Origin: Chlorokybus atmophyticus
Lineage: Eukaryota > Plantae > Mesostigma and Chlorokybus algae
Reading direction: 5' to 3'
NCBI GenBank assembly: GCA_009103225.1
Contig: RHPI01003488.1
Span: 248,001-312,000 of the forward strand
Length of the DNA: 64,000 nucleotides
This document shows positions 12,336 through 23,780 of the stretch, in pieces. Below the pieces are notes generated by a model that was not told where the DNA came from, made no database searches, and saw nothing but the letters and a program-made list of their open reading frames with translations. A program made the translations under genes and the position numbers. Position 1 is the stretch's first letter, and every line of letters begins with the position of its first letter.

Positions 12336-13659
12336 CACTAATTGTGACATGAAGCATGGTCCGTAGGTACGGTTCTCTATTAGACTTGAAACAAAGAGAA
12401 TATCCTTGTTGATGTTATATTTTTGGAACGAGAGATTACATCGCCAATAGCATGATCGTACAACTACACAAAAAGCGATAAAAGTAATGTATGTATAGTT
12501 ACATAAAAATATATAACATTATTGACTACATCCGCATGTGATTGCGCGGCTTAGAGGTAAGCAGCAACAGCCCTTATTTAAGATATACATATTTAGTCTT
12601 TTTTTAAAAGGTCAATAGTATATTATAATTTGTAGCACCACCCCTCTTTAATGAATTTGAAAGCTATTAGATAAGTGTGGTCATTATGAGAGAAGACTAT
12701 ATGGACAATGGCATGATGCGCGCCTATTAAGGTGCCCTTAATAAAATCGTTTACACCATGTGGTTTGTTAATTGCTCGGTTGCAGTCGGATTGGCAAAAG
12801 GATATGATCGGCGGTGTTAAAAATTCAGGTATTTTATAGTCGAATCAATTGTTTTACCAATGCATAGCAGACTCTATCAAGTTGTTTTACCAATGTATTG
12901 CATATTATACCACTGCCACAAGGCTGCTCTTTGAGTGGCTAGTGTGCTCAACAATTTTGTTCTTTGTGTTGCCCAATAGGCTACATTACAGGCATTTGCC
13001 CAGCGGCATAACTGTGAAGATTATAATTTGGAATGTCATGAAGCGTCTTGGGCAAGTGTAGTCCCCGACAGATCTACATATAGCTTTATCATATGGAGGA
13101 ACCCTGTGCACTCGGCCTTGCACTCACTCCTTTGCGTGGACTGGCCACTCATTAATGTGACACGATGTGCGTGGTTACCGTCATGCGGTAACACTTAGGG
13201 TCATGCCTCGAATGGCCGTGGCCATGTAACCACTGGTCGATGGGCCACGTGGGTCAATGGCCCGCTAGCAGCTGGGCTCAAATACTTCCAATTAATGCAT
13301 TGCATCAACAGCTAGCCATATGTTGTGGTGGCTAGCTTGCATTTGCATTGATAACCCCAATGTTTCCTTACATCCCCAACATTGCTTGCAGCTTTGGACA
13401 AAACAAGCTGCGCGTGCACCATGTGGAGCATGTGAAGGCCGAGCAATTGCAACCTACACATATGCTGCATGCCATTTGCAAGTGCCCTAAAAGATGTCAT
13501 GCGGCATCTGTAGCTGCGCTGATATCCCAATGACTTATATAGCTTCGAATTAAAGGTTTGCGTGCAGCATGATGTGACGATACCACTGCTTACTTGCTGT
13601 TCGTGGCTTGGTAAGTCAATGCACAATCATTGAGAACTTGCAAATGGAAGTCCCACATG

Positions 13660-14220
13660 CTACACCGGTGGAGCATTTCGTATGGGAAGTCGCAGCAGCG
13701 CTGTAAGGGAAGAGAGGACAATTACTCAGCTCTAGGCACACCCACGCCTAATATATGCACACTCACACACGCCACACCACACACCACAAGGGATGAGGGG
13801 GAAAGCCCCTTCAACTGCTACTAGCCAGGCACTCCACACATACGTGGGCCTCAAGTGGTGAACACACTTTAATGTTTTTACAAACACTGATCCCATCCCT
13901 ACTCAAAAACGCAACTTAGCCTCTATACCACATGCTACTCTCCCGACCTTGCACTCAGGATGTTCAAGGCCACCTAGGCCTTGTCACTATGCGCTGACCT
14001 TATTATAACATCAAGAGCAATAAACTCCACCTCGAGTATCAAACACCTTAGATTCTTATAAGAGTAATAATCCTACCTCACAATTACAAACTCATGCTCT
14101 TTAAGTACATATGTGCTTGCGGACTGCCCATCGGCACCATTTGCCTTGCGACTGTCACACCTATGGCAAATTGCACTGCCACAGCACAGATCCTCTTGTT
14201 TGCCAACTTGGCTCACTAAT
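13660..14220. repeat. Unclassified interspersed repeat X, uninterrupted copy
   Basis: Reverse-complement similarity to ~32420-32566 joined to ~39397-39830, i.e. the two flanks of the Gypsy element. Confidence 0.75.
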
Positions 14221-14233
14221 TTAAATCTGCCAC

Positions 14234-16524
14234 TGTTGAGAACTAGTGATGCGCCTAGTGTGTGTGTATTTGCCTCTTACATATAAGTATGCACACACCA
14301 CGAACAAGTGCAGCAAGCACGCCAGTCATAGAGGCAATGTGCGACCCACTGTGTTAAGCAATATACAGTGTCTTATATACTATGCTACTAAGCACTAGTC
14401 AACTCTAGTCAATTCTGGTCAAAGTCAGCACTAGTCAACACTAGTCAACGGTCAAAGTCAAAGTTGATTATGGTTGACCATAACTGCCGTAACTCCCGTA
14501 ACTCTCATAACTCCCGTAACTACAAAGGTTAAGCTGATTGTACCAATTACATGTAGGCGCCGCCTATACATGTACTTTCAACAAGCTATAACATTTAACA
14601 CTCCCACGCGAGCAGCTTGACCTTGAACTCCAAGTTCTTCTCGCAAGCTTACCCACATTAACTTGCTTTTTTAACACTCCCACGGATGTGTTGCTGCCAC
14701 GGACTTGATGCTTGTCTCCATGACACCATTCGTCTCCTCGTGCTGCCAGCATGATAACAATGTTCCAATACTCCTTGTTTCCTCTTCAAAGTATTCGCAT
14801 CAGGTTCCACCACGCCACCCCTAACCTTGCTCAGGTGGTTTCGAAGACTCCCACAATGGCAAACTATGCTATAAACTACACCGAGTTCTCTACCTTAGCA
14901 ATGCTGTACCAGAGTGTAGGCCGTGCAAGGGTTGATTAGACCCTTCTACTAAGGAAAGCACCCCTCCCATCTCCTGTTGGCTAGCTATACAACTCAGTAC
15001 TTGCATGCCGATCAATTGAAGTGTTCTAACTAGTACCGCACACCTGTGTGCTACCAAAAACAACTCCATAGCAATGCAACCTCTAGTGTATGCAGCTCAA
15101 CACCAGCAACTACTCATAGGCTAGCAGTAACTCTCATAGACCTTTATGTCTGCAACCTCCATCTACGCATGTCCTTCACGCATCCTTGCAGTGGGAGAGG
15201 ACGGACGAACACCATCTATTGCAACTTTTTAAGGTCCTCACCAATGCTCAAAAGCAATCGCCATCGAAGCGTGCTTCTCCTTGGTTGCCTCATCGTGGAT
15301 CCTCTCCTGGCACTCGCGAATGAAGTGGCCCTGCATCTTGCAGTAGTGACACTCTTTGTCACGGGATGGCTTCCCACCACCTGCTTTACTCCTGCTTCGT
15401 GTGTGTTGAGAAGATAAGGCAGCAAGTGCAATAGGTACTCCACCATTCTCTATCTCCTGAACATCAACTTGCCTTCCACAGCTAGCAGCTTAAGCACTAC
15501 ATCAGCAAACTTCAAAACCACGTCTGAGGACTCCAACACAGTCACTAGCGTAGCAAAGCTCTTTCCTAAGCCAGCTAAGACTGCCCACATCACCTCCTCT
15601 TCCTTCACATTGTGGCCCGCTGCTGCTAGGTCTTGCCAAAGCTCCCTTGCACGCGAGATGTACTTTTGGATTGGCTCTTTGTGCTCCATCTTCAGAAGCG
15701 TCAGCTTGCGTCTCAGCTGCAACTTGCGCAAGTTGCTGTTAGCCTTGAAGAGGGTGTTGAACACCTCCCACGCCTCACGTCCAGTTTTGCAATCCACAAT
15801 AAGAGGGAGATGGAAGTCTTTGACGTGCAAGCCTTTCGGCGCAAAAGCTAATTGTGAGTTCTCTGTTCAGGTACCAGCGTCACCTGTTCTTGGCCGCAAT
15901 GCTGTGGAGCAGGTGGGTTCAACAAAACTCCAGAGCTTCTTGCGGATCAGCACCAACTTCATCTTCAGCAACCATGAAGCGTAGTTGTGCAGATTAAGGG
16001 ACTCAATGGGCATCATATCTGTGTCAACCATTGCTTGCTACACAATTGTACAACTCACCCTCTCCCCAAGAACACTCTATTAGTAGGTGCCTATGCTGAA
16101 CACTTTGTCTCACTAGCACAAGCGATCGCACAAGCAAGTGTGGGCCCATAACATGTTGAGAACTAGTGATGCGCCCAGTGTGTGTGTATTTGCCTCTTAC
16201 ATATAAGTATGCACACATTAAGGACAAGTGCAGCAAGCACGCCAGCTATAGAGGCAATGTGCGACCCACTATATTAAGCAGTAAGCAGTGTCTTATATTA
16301 TGCTACCAAGCACTAGTCAACTCTAGTCAACTTTGGTTAAAGTCAACACTAGTCAACACTAGTCAAAGTCGACGGTCAAAGTTAAAGTTGATCATGGTTG
16401 AGTATAACTGCCAAAACTTCCGTAACTCTCAAAACGCCCGTAACTATAAAGGTTAAGCTGATTATACCAACTATATGTAGGCGCCACCTATACATGTACT
16501 TTCAACAAGCTATAACATTCAACA
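14234..16524 (-). mobile_element. Non-autonomous Copia derivative (family B, copy 2), gag-only
   Basis: LTRs 14234-14600 and 16154-16524 (TG..CA); PBS at 16141-16153; PPT at 14601-14613. gag from ATG 16031 carries stops; no intact INT/RT. Confidence 0.92.
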
Positions 16525-18039
16525 TGCCCATTTGCTCACAAGGTCACTCGACCGTGTCTTTGATAACTTATGCACATTGCAAAGTTTAAGTATGCACACG
16601 TACACTCCACTCATTCTCCCTCACATCAATGTTGTATAATTGCAAAGGGCGTGACATCAAGTTACCATAAGCACATTGCGTACCGACGTCCATAAAGCAA
16701 CCATTCATTTGCAATCTAAATTGCGTACATGTATGGCGTACTGTTTGCTGCATGTCCCTCGTACATGAAAGCATAACTTAAACAATCTCATTTTGAGCAT
16801 TGATCGAGCTACATACTCGTGCTCACCCATTCCCACATGGGTTGAATCAAACACCACATTGTTCGGTCACCTAACAGATACACTTGCGCGCACGTGCGCG
16901 CACACATGTAGCACGTGCAGCAGTTTAGCAAATGCACATTTGTGACATACATATCAGCTTGTAAATTAGACCACACCTGGCATGCAAATGTGCATGCAGC
17001 TGATCCACCACTTGATGCAATCACCATGACATAACACGCACGCACGCACACACGTGCAGCAAGTGCAGCAACAAGCAGCATATGCATATGCACACGATTA
17101 CGGCACATATCAGGGTGTAAAACAGTCCGTAACTAGCTTAAAAGTGTACGTGCAACAAAGATATCATTATGACAGATGCATATGCATGCACACGCGCATA
17201 TACACTCGCACACGCGCAGCAAGTGCGGCAGCAAGCAAAGGCATGTGCAAAGTCACGTACAAGCAACAAACGCACACTAATTTAGCATGAATCAGCATCA
17301 CAAGCAACTCACACCGTGCATGCAAACATCCGTGCACCTTAGGATAGCATCATAACAGAGGCATATATGCATGTCTATGGACAAGCAAGAGCTATTAGAG
17401 GGGCAAAGAACTCACACACAAGTTGTATGCAACACACGGCTCATGCTGGGGGGTCGCTATGGGTCGATAGCATGGTGGCTGTGCCCAGCACCCAAGTGCA
17501 TTACAATATAAATGTATAAGTGTATGGATACAGGCGGATGTATGCACAAGTCTGCACTAGGGTGCTAGGCTACAACTATGGGAACTACTTCTTCACGTCA
17601 AGTGCGAAAGTCACGCGCTTCTTCGGTCTTCGACTTGGTGACGGCGCCATCGCCGCTAACATAGAGGTTGAAGCTTGAAAAGCCTGTACACGTGCAAAGT
17701 GAACCACACTTGCCACCCACGCCAAGGATGGCACCGCCGTGCTAGGGTTTCAAGGGACTGCATAAGGGTCTTGAGACTCACAACTCACGCCTAGTGAGTG
17801 CTTGTGCCCCCAAGTGCCCAAGGCATTAGGGGCACAATAGTCTCATAACTCATTAAAGAGTTCTTGAGTTCATGAGTACGCATTTCATGCGCTTTATAAA
17901 CTCATATAACTCACACACGAGTTATATGCGACACACAGCTCATGCTTGGGGGTCGCTATGGGTCAATAGATGGATAAAAACAGTAAGAGCATGTACCACC
18001 CAAGCCGAGGCTGCGCATTAATGTGTGCAACTCGGGCGA

Positions 18040-18950
18040 CGCCGCGCGCACATAGCCCTCAGCTGCAGTGGAAGACTTCCAGCGCCCAAATTGCTGCCAC
18101 AGGTGCTTAGGCAACCTTCACGGCTTGGGTCGCAGCTCCCGAATGGGCAGAGTGTGTGCCAATACGCGTGGGGTCCTCCCCTGCCGCCATAATGGCTGCC
18201 TTCTCCCAACTCAAAATGGTGCCATATGGCATTATGGTGTTGCGTATAATGCACGTTCCCCCCACTCATATGATGGAGCGCAGCAACTTGCCCGGACCCG
18301 CGTGCCGATATCCCGAGGCGAATGACTTTTTGGTGTGCATTACAGGATATAAATCACCACCCATTGCACCTATATGCACTGTGGCGCCCACATTGTGTTT
18401 TCGTTTTGCTGCGTGGGATGACGAGATCCATGCGGCCTGGGCAAAAAACAATGTCCTGGGCGTTGACCTCCGCCACGTTGGAATGTTGAATTATACCCAC
18501 AAACCGCAGAACTACCGCCACCACTTGGAAACTGGCCATTAAGCCCCACCCGTTGCGAGCAAAGTGTGAGACCATGGCTAGCAGGAGCTCAGGCGTATAT
18601 GCATCCTTCTTTTGCGTGTTAAATGGTAGCAGCCTGGCAGCGGTCTCACGCACCACCGCAACGCGTGCATGCGCAGTGGGAGAGGTCTGGCCTGCCATGG
18701 TATGCGCAGCATGTATTATCGAAGAGGCATGTTTCACAGGTGCCGGGGTGGTGGACTCCACTAACATCTTGAAAAAGAGCCACTGCGCCAGAGTCTGCGG
18801 GTAGGGCAGCCCAACCACAAGGCGTACAGATCTCTACAAAGCGGCGCTAGTGGCTCTCATGGCCGCGTAGGGTGCTAGTAGCATGTAACGCCGCTGCCAC
18901 TGCCGGGTAAAAGGTGCGCAGGCGCTCAATCTCATAGTCTTCGGGGATGT
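18040..18950 (-). pseudogene. Tyrosine recombinase of the PAT-like element (frameshifted)
   Basis: LVIPRSKT, GTHSAHSGAATQA (H-x-x-R box, with R changed to H) and GRWKSSTAAEGYVR (catalytic Tyr). Confidence 0.85.
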
Positions 18951-19119
18951 TGGGCATGAGCGACTGCAGGCTACGCTCGATAGCAGCTGCACATAGCATG
19001 TGTCAATGGTCAGGACGCGAAGTCAAATTGCAATGCCCATATGCGACCATTGGGTAAGCCCCCCTAAAGTTCCGCAACTTGAGGGCTAGGCCATAAGCAG
19101 GCTGGGCCTTTGGGTAGGC

Positions 19120-19420
19120 TCACAACATCTGTAACAATTGGTGCCCACACCTAACTAGGGCAGAGTACGGGCCACCAAGTTTGAGTTGTCCACTCAGGTA
19201 CAATAAGGGAAATTCGAACCTTGCATTCGCAAGCATGGCACGAAACAGTGCCAACACGGTGTGGTGGGGGATGGCACCTGTTGTTGCAATCACTCCAGTC
19301 ACAATGCAAAGCATTGCCGGACGAGCCCGGACATGGCAACACTGAGTTAAAGGCCACACACAGAATGTCGGCATCCGTAGCGGTGCGGTCTACATGAAAA
19401 GGGCCTCACTTGCGGGCAAG
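19120..19420 (-). pseudogene. Dam-like N6-adenine methyltransferase domain of the PAT-like element
   Basis: GPFHVDR.ATDA..AFNS..PGSSG.ALHCDWS..NNRCHPP..VG.V....ISLIVPEWTTQTWWPVL matches the DIRS MT domain pattern. Confidence 0.8.
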
Positions 19421-19429
19421 CAAGCGGAC

Positions 19430-20882
19430 CCAGGGGTTTGCAAGGTCCAACCGTTCCAATCCGGTGCTTTGAAGAGCGTGTCCGCCTCCTCATTGAGCTC
19501 GCATGGTAACCACTCCACATGCAAGCGGATGCAATGACGGTGGCAATGTAAGACACTACGGCATGCCACTTGCTGCAAGAGCATGGCCTCACTGCCCCGT
19601 TTACGCAGAATGTAGTACACATTGCGGGCATTGCCATAGCACAGCACCGTGCATGCATGTAGCTCTTTCTCGACAGTGAGCAAGGCACGCTCAAGTCCCA
19701 GTAACTCGCGGTATGCCGCGGTATGAAGTCAAGCACTCATCCGGTGTAAATGTGCCCTTCGCCACGGGGGTAGCTGTGCCATGGCGCACTAGTCCCCAAC
19801 CAGTGCCGCTAGCATCCACAAATTGCACTATGTCCGGCTGCGCAGTAGGCCAATTGGGTGCTTAGTTAAGCTGCTCAAAGTGGTCTCTCAGCCACATTAC
19901 CTTCGCAATCTCAGGTTGGCGTAGCACCATGTGAGAGCTCCTTGAGCGGCAGGTCTGAATCGAATGGCGTGTTTGCCAAGTTATGAGCTTTACGGCAGGA
20001 CCCTACACCAAGAACATGGATTGTAGCTTGCCACAGATGCGGGCCAGCAACTTCACTGGCATATGGCGCCTCTCACCAAATGCGCATTGCAAGTCTCTGA
20101 GCAACCCATCGCGCTTTATGCCAGGGACACGAACAGTACCAGTGCGTGTATCCCACACAAAGCGAAGGAAGATGATAACTCTGCTCAGCACAATCGGCGC
20201 CTTTGTGTTGATCACTAGCCCGCACCATGCTGCATCTGCTTGCACAAAGGACAGGGTGGAGGCATGCTCTGCCTTGGAGCCAGCAGCAAATAGGAAGTCG
20301 ACAATGTATGGCAATACGCGAATGCCTTGCACACGCCAGCGTCGCACCAACTGCTTCATAACCTTTGTGAACACGAAGCAAGCCGTGCTCAACCCAAATG
20401 GCAACGAGCAAAAGTTGTACATGTTGCCCGCAAATGAGAACCCCAAGTAGCCCTAAAAGGCGGGGTGAATGTCCACATGATGGTATTCAGACTTTAAGTC
20501 CGTGGAGAACAACCAATCCTCGGGTTGTAGCAAGTCTGTGATGCTGCGCACATCTGCATACTTGAATGGGGTGTTCACCAAGTAGGAGTTGACATAGCGC
20601 AAGTCCATAATGATGGCGCAACTTGCGGCCATCATTTACCACATTGAGTGGGCTCACTACGAGGGGGGGTGTAAGACACTCTTGTGTAGCCCCATTATGC
20701 ACCGAGTTTGCAATGGCCGCTGCAGTAAAAACCGAAAACTCATGCACACCCTTAAGATTGGAGAATGCCCATTCAGGTGGTAGATCTTGAGCCCACGGCA
20801 GCTTGTACCCGTACTCCACCCATGACAGGATTATAGTAGACTCATAGAATTTCACGCCATGCGGGCAAGGCATCCCGTAAGC
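19430..20882 (-). pseudogene. Reverse transcriptase / RNase H of the PAT-like element
   Basis: LRDALPAWREI, IMDLRYVN, FSTDLKSEYHHV, LPFGLSTA and LPYIVDFL; RNase H WLPCELNEEADTL.K. Confidence 0.9.
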
Positions 20883-21477
20883 GGTGCCTTATATATGGAC
20901 TTGCCACAACCAAGTTGCTAGGTGCTTGTGCAAGCTCATGATGCTTCATCCAATCTTCCACGAGCTCTGACTTCATTGCAATGTAGTCAAGTGCCACAGT
21001 GTACACTGCCTCTGTTTCTACCTCCCGTATGTGTCATAAGTGAGTGAATGCACTCTCATCTTGGACCAGTCATTACTTTTGCATACGATGTTCGATGGGG
21101 ACGTTTAAGGTTTTGAAATGAAGCGCTTTGCAGCGCTCATACCAATAAGCGGCCAATAGGAAAGAAAATCGAAAAAGAAAGAAACTGTTTTCCAAGGACG
21201 GCCTCACACACAAGTTGCACCAAACAGAGTGCAACCATAGCAAACCGTGTTAAAATTTACGTTCTTTAGCTCTATGTGAGTGTCACTGCGTCACAAAAAG
21301 GCACCCAAAGTTTCATCCCATTCAAGAGTTGTGCGACACCTCAATCGAAGTTACAGGCAACGATTGCACACAAGTGTACAGTTGCTATGCTATCACATGG
21401 TCACCACAGCTACAAAGCTGTTCTATCGGCCCCCACGGTTAGCGGAGGTCTTACGGCAATTGGCACGCACGTGCCTT
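20883..21477. other. ~600-bp unclassified insertion in the PAT-like pol
   Basis: Removing it restores GCG GGG AGC TTA CGG GAT GCC (AGSLRDALPAWREI). An 8-bp direct repeat GTGCCTTA lies at 20884-20891 and 21471-21478. Confidence 0.75.
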
Positions 21478-21609
21478 AGCTCCCCGCTGTTTTAACAAGT
21501 GCGGGCATCACGCTGGCCCCCAGTAAAAGCCGCCTGAAACTGTATGGGAGCGGTTATGTAGCTGGTGTGCCTTGCACCACATGCATAGGACCCGGAGTAG
21601 TGAGGGGGC

Positions 21610-22430
21610 TTACTGGCCCCGCCCCTTGTTGGGAGTATAGGCAGGCTTTGCCTTGATCTTAGGCTGCGCCGCAGCCACCTCCTTCATTGCCATCTTAAGG
21701 CGCTTCTCTTCCAGGTGATCCGCGGCCAGAGGGTTGCCCTGCAATTTCTCCACCACCTTCCTGTAATGTAATTGTTGGCCATTTCCACATAGTGAAACTG
21801 CTTGAACACTTCGTCCAGCGCTAGGGAGATAAGCCGCCACATTCACATGTTGCCGAGCCCGCTTCCTCATGTTCTCCTTCAAAGGGACCGCGGGCTCATT
21901 AAAGCGGTTGCACATCGCCTCCACCCGAGCATTGAGGGTGTTGGAGTCCGTCTCGCGGCGAAGGATGCTCACGAGTAGCGGGTGGTTGGGCTCGGTGGCG
22001 ACGGGCTCACGAGGGATGGCGGGCGCCTTCCCACGCTTGAGGCGCATGTTCTCCGCCTCCAACTCCTCCAACCTCCGTGCCATTACCTCCATGGGTGTCA
22101 TGGATGGGGAAAAGCGTTGGAGAACGGGCTTGCCTCCTTCTTCCTACGCTTGTAAGTGACGAAGGGCGGGTTTCCGTCATCCTCGTTGTCCTCATCCTCC
22201 TCACCACCACCGTCACCTTCCTTGTTTACCTCCTCCTCTCCCCTCCCCACGGGGGGGCGCACCTCTCCCTCCTCCCTCGCCGCTCTCTTTTCCTCCTACT
22301 CACTTAAGGTGTGGCAACGCGAACTCCTAGTCCGCGACAAGCGATTGGCGGCTAGTGACGCTACCGCGGCTGTGGCCGCCACCTCCTCTGCATCATCTTG
22401 GGCACTCGGTCGTGACTGTGCAACCATGAT
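21610..22430 (-). pseudogene. gag-like ORF1 of the PAT-like element (stop and frameshift)
   Basis: The 163-aa ORF 21610-22101 is preceded by acidic, low-complexity coding sequence that is conserved in the copy at 1-210. Confidence 0.7.
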
Positions 22431-22699
22431 GGAGATCCTACTCCGTCCACACCTCCTCACCACACTTGCCACCCACGCCAAGGATGGCGCCGCCGTGCTA
22501 GGGTTTCAAGCAACTAAATAAGGAGCTTGAGACTCACAACTCACGCCTAGTGAGTGCTTGTGCCCCCAAGTGCCCAAGGCATTAGGGGCACAAGAGTCTC
22601 ATAACTCATTAACGAGTTCTTGAGTTCATGGGCGCGCATTTCATGCGCTTCATGAACTCATATCTCCCGCCCCAAATTTAACAACTCTGGGGAGTTGTC

Positions 22700-23724
22700 T
22701 GCTTCACCTTTCTCGGGGATGTCCTCACCCTCGGCATCACTACCACGGCTAGCGCGTGTGCAAATCATTTTTGACTACTCTATTTCACAAAACCCGTTCG
22801 GTGCCTTCGCCATCACCCCTCCTTGGTACTACCAACGAGGGGTGGAGCAAGCAATTCAGCGAGTCGCTTGCTCCACCCCTTTACACCACCTTTTACACTC
22901 ACCCCCAAACCCACCAAGGGAGGGCTTGTCTACTACGTGCTGGAGACATTTACATATTCGTCGCGGTGTGCTGACACGCACGATGCTTGAAACCACCTGC
23001 GCTTTGTCAACCTCGTATGTTGTAAACCCCCATTCATTTGTATGCATGTGTTGTGATTATGCTTGTGCGTGTGTCGTGTCTCTCTTCTCTTTGTGCAACA
23101 GTCTCACCCACCCACAATCCTTTGCGCAGACATTTGTACGAGCAAGCCGGATGGGACATTCTGCCCAAATGGCTTCACGGGGTGTTGGGAGGAAGTTTTC
23201 AGGGTGCGTTTGTCGTGTTGTGTCGTGTTGCCGCAAAATAAACAAGCAACAGCTGCAATTGAGTCACTTCTCCTGTTCCACTGCTTGCTCACTAAGTTGC
23301 CGTTGCGACCCCCACCACCGTTGCCACCTCCGCCACCACTATCACCCCCACCTGCGCTACTACCATTATCGCCATCACCACCACCACCGCCATCGCCGCG
23401 GTGGCGGGGATGGTGGTGATAGCGGCCATCCCCACCATCACCTCCACTTTCATCACCGCCGTCACCGCCCCCACGCATTCGTCATGGTGATTGCCAGGTT
23501 GAGGGGGTGCTTCGGTTGTTACATTGCATGCCTGTGAGATTGCGCTCTTCACATGGCCATTGTTGTTGTTTTAATTTGACGTACATGCACGTGTCACACA
23601 ATCAATAAGCCCAACCCGTGCGGTCAATGCCAACCTATGACTAGCGGCTGTCACTGGATCCATCAACATGGCTTCTTCAAACATATAGGTTAACGTTACT
23701 ATAGTCAGTGTACACGCTATAGCG
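22700..23724 (+). pseudogene. Decayed duplicate of the secreted-protein gene at ~40875-41770 (Pro-rich linker and EGF exon)
   Basis: Colinear nucleotide similarity, e.g. GGGGATGTCCTCA.CCTC.GCATCAC, AAGCCCAACCC.TGCGG and GTTAACGTT. Confidence 0.85.
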
Positions 23725-23780
23725 TGTTGAGAACTAGTGATGCGCCTAGTGTGTGTGTTATTGCCTCTTACATACGCGTG

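Larger units (their letters stand above)
17409..22663 (-). mobile_element. PAT-like DIRS-order retrotransposon with split direct repeats; near complete but mutated
   Basis: A1 22460-22663, B1 ~17909-17972, A2 ~17705-17908, B2 ~17409-17472. Internal order on the minus strand is gag, RT, RNase H, MT, YR. Confidence 0.9.

Noticed and set aside
16530-17400. Possible structured ncRNA in GCAC/GTGC-rich sequence (also 4320-4928)
   Set aside because: Same low-complexity composition as the host introns, with no Pol III boxes or conserved motif.
20883-21477. Introner-like self-removing intron in the PAT pol (AAG|GCACGT ... TATAAG|)
   Set aside because: Splicing would leave 11 extra nt and a TAA, so the frame is not restored.
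22695-23537. 280-aa His/Arg-rich ORF and similar long ORFs at 53722-54687, 54481-55512 and 55756-56451
   Set aside because: They are shadow or alternative frames over Pro-rich exons and GC-rich repeat introns of the real genes.
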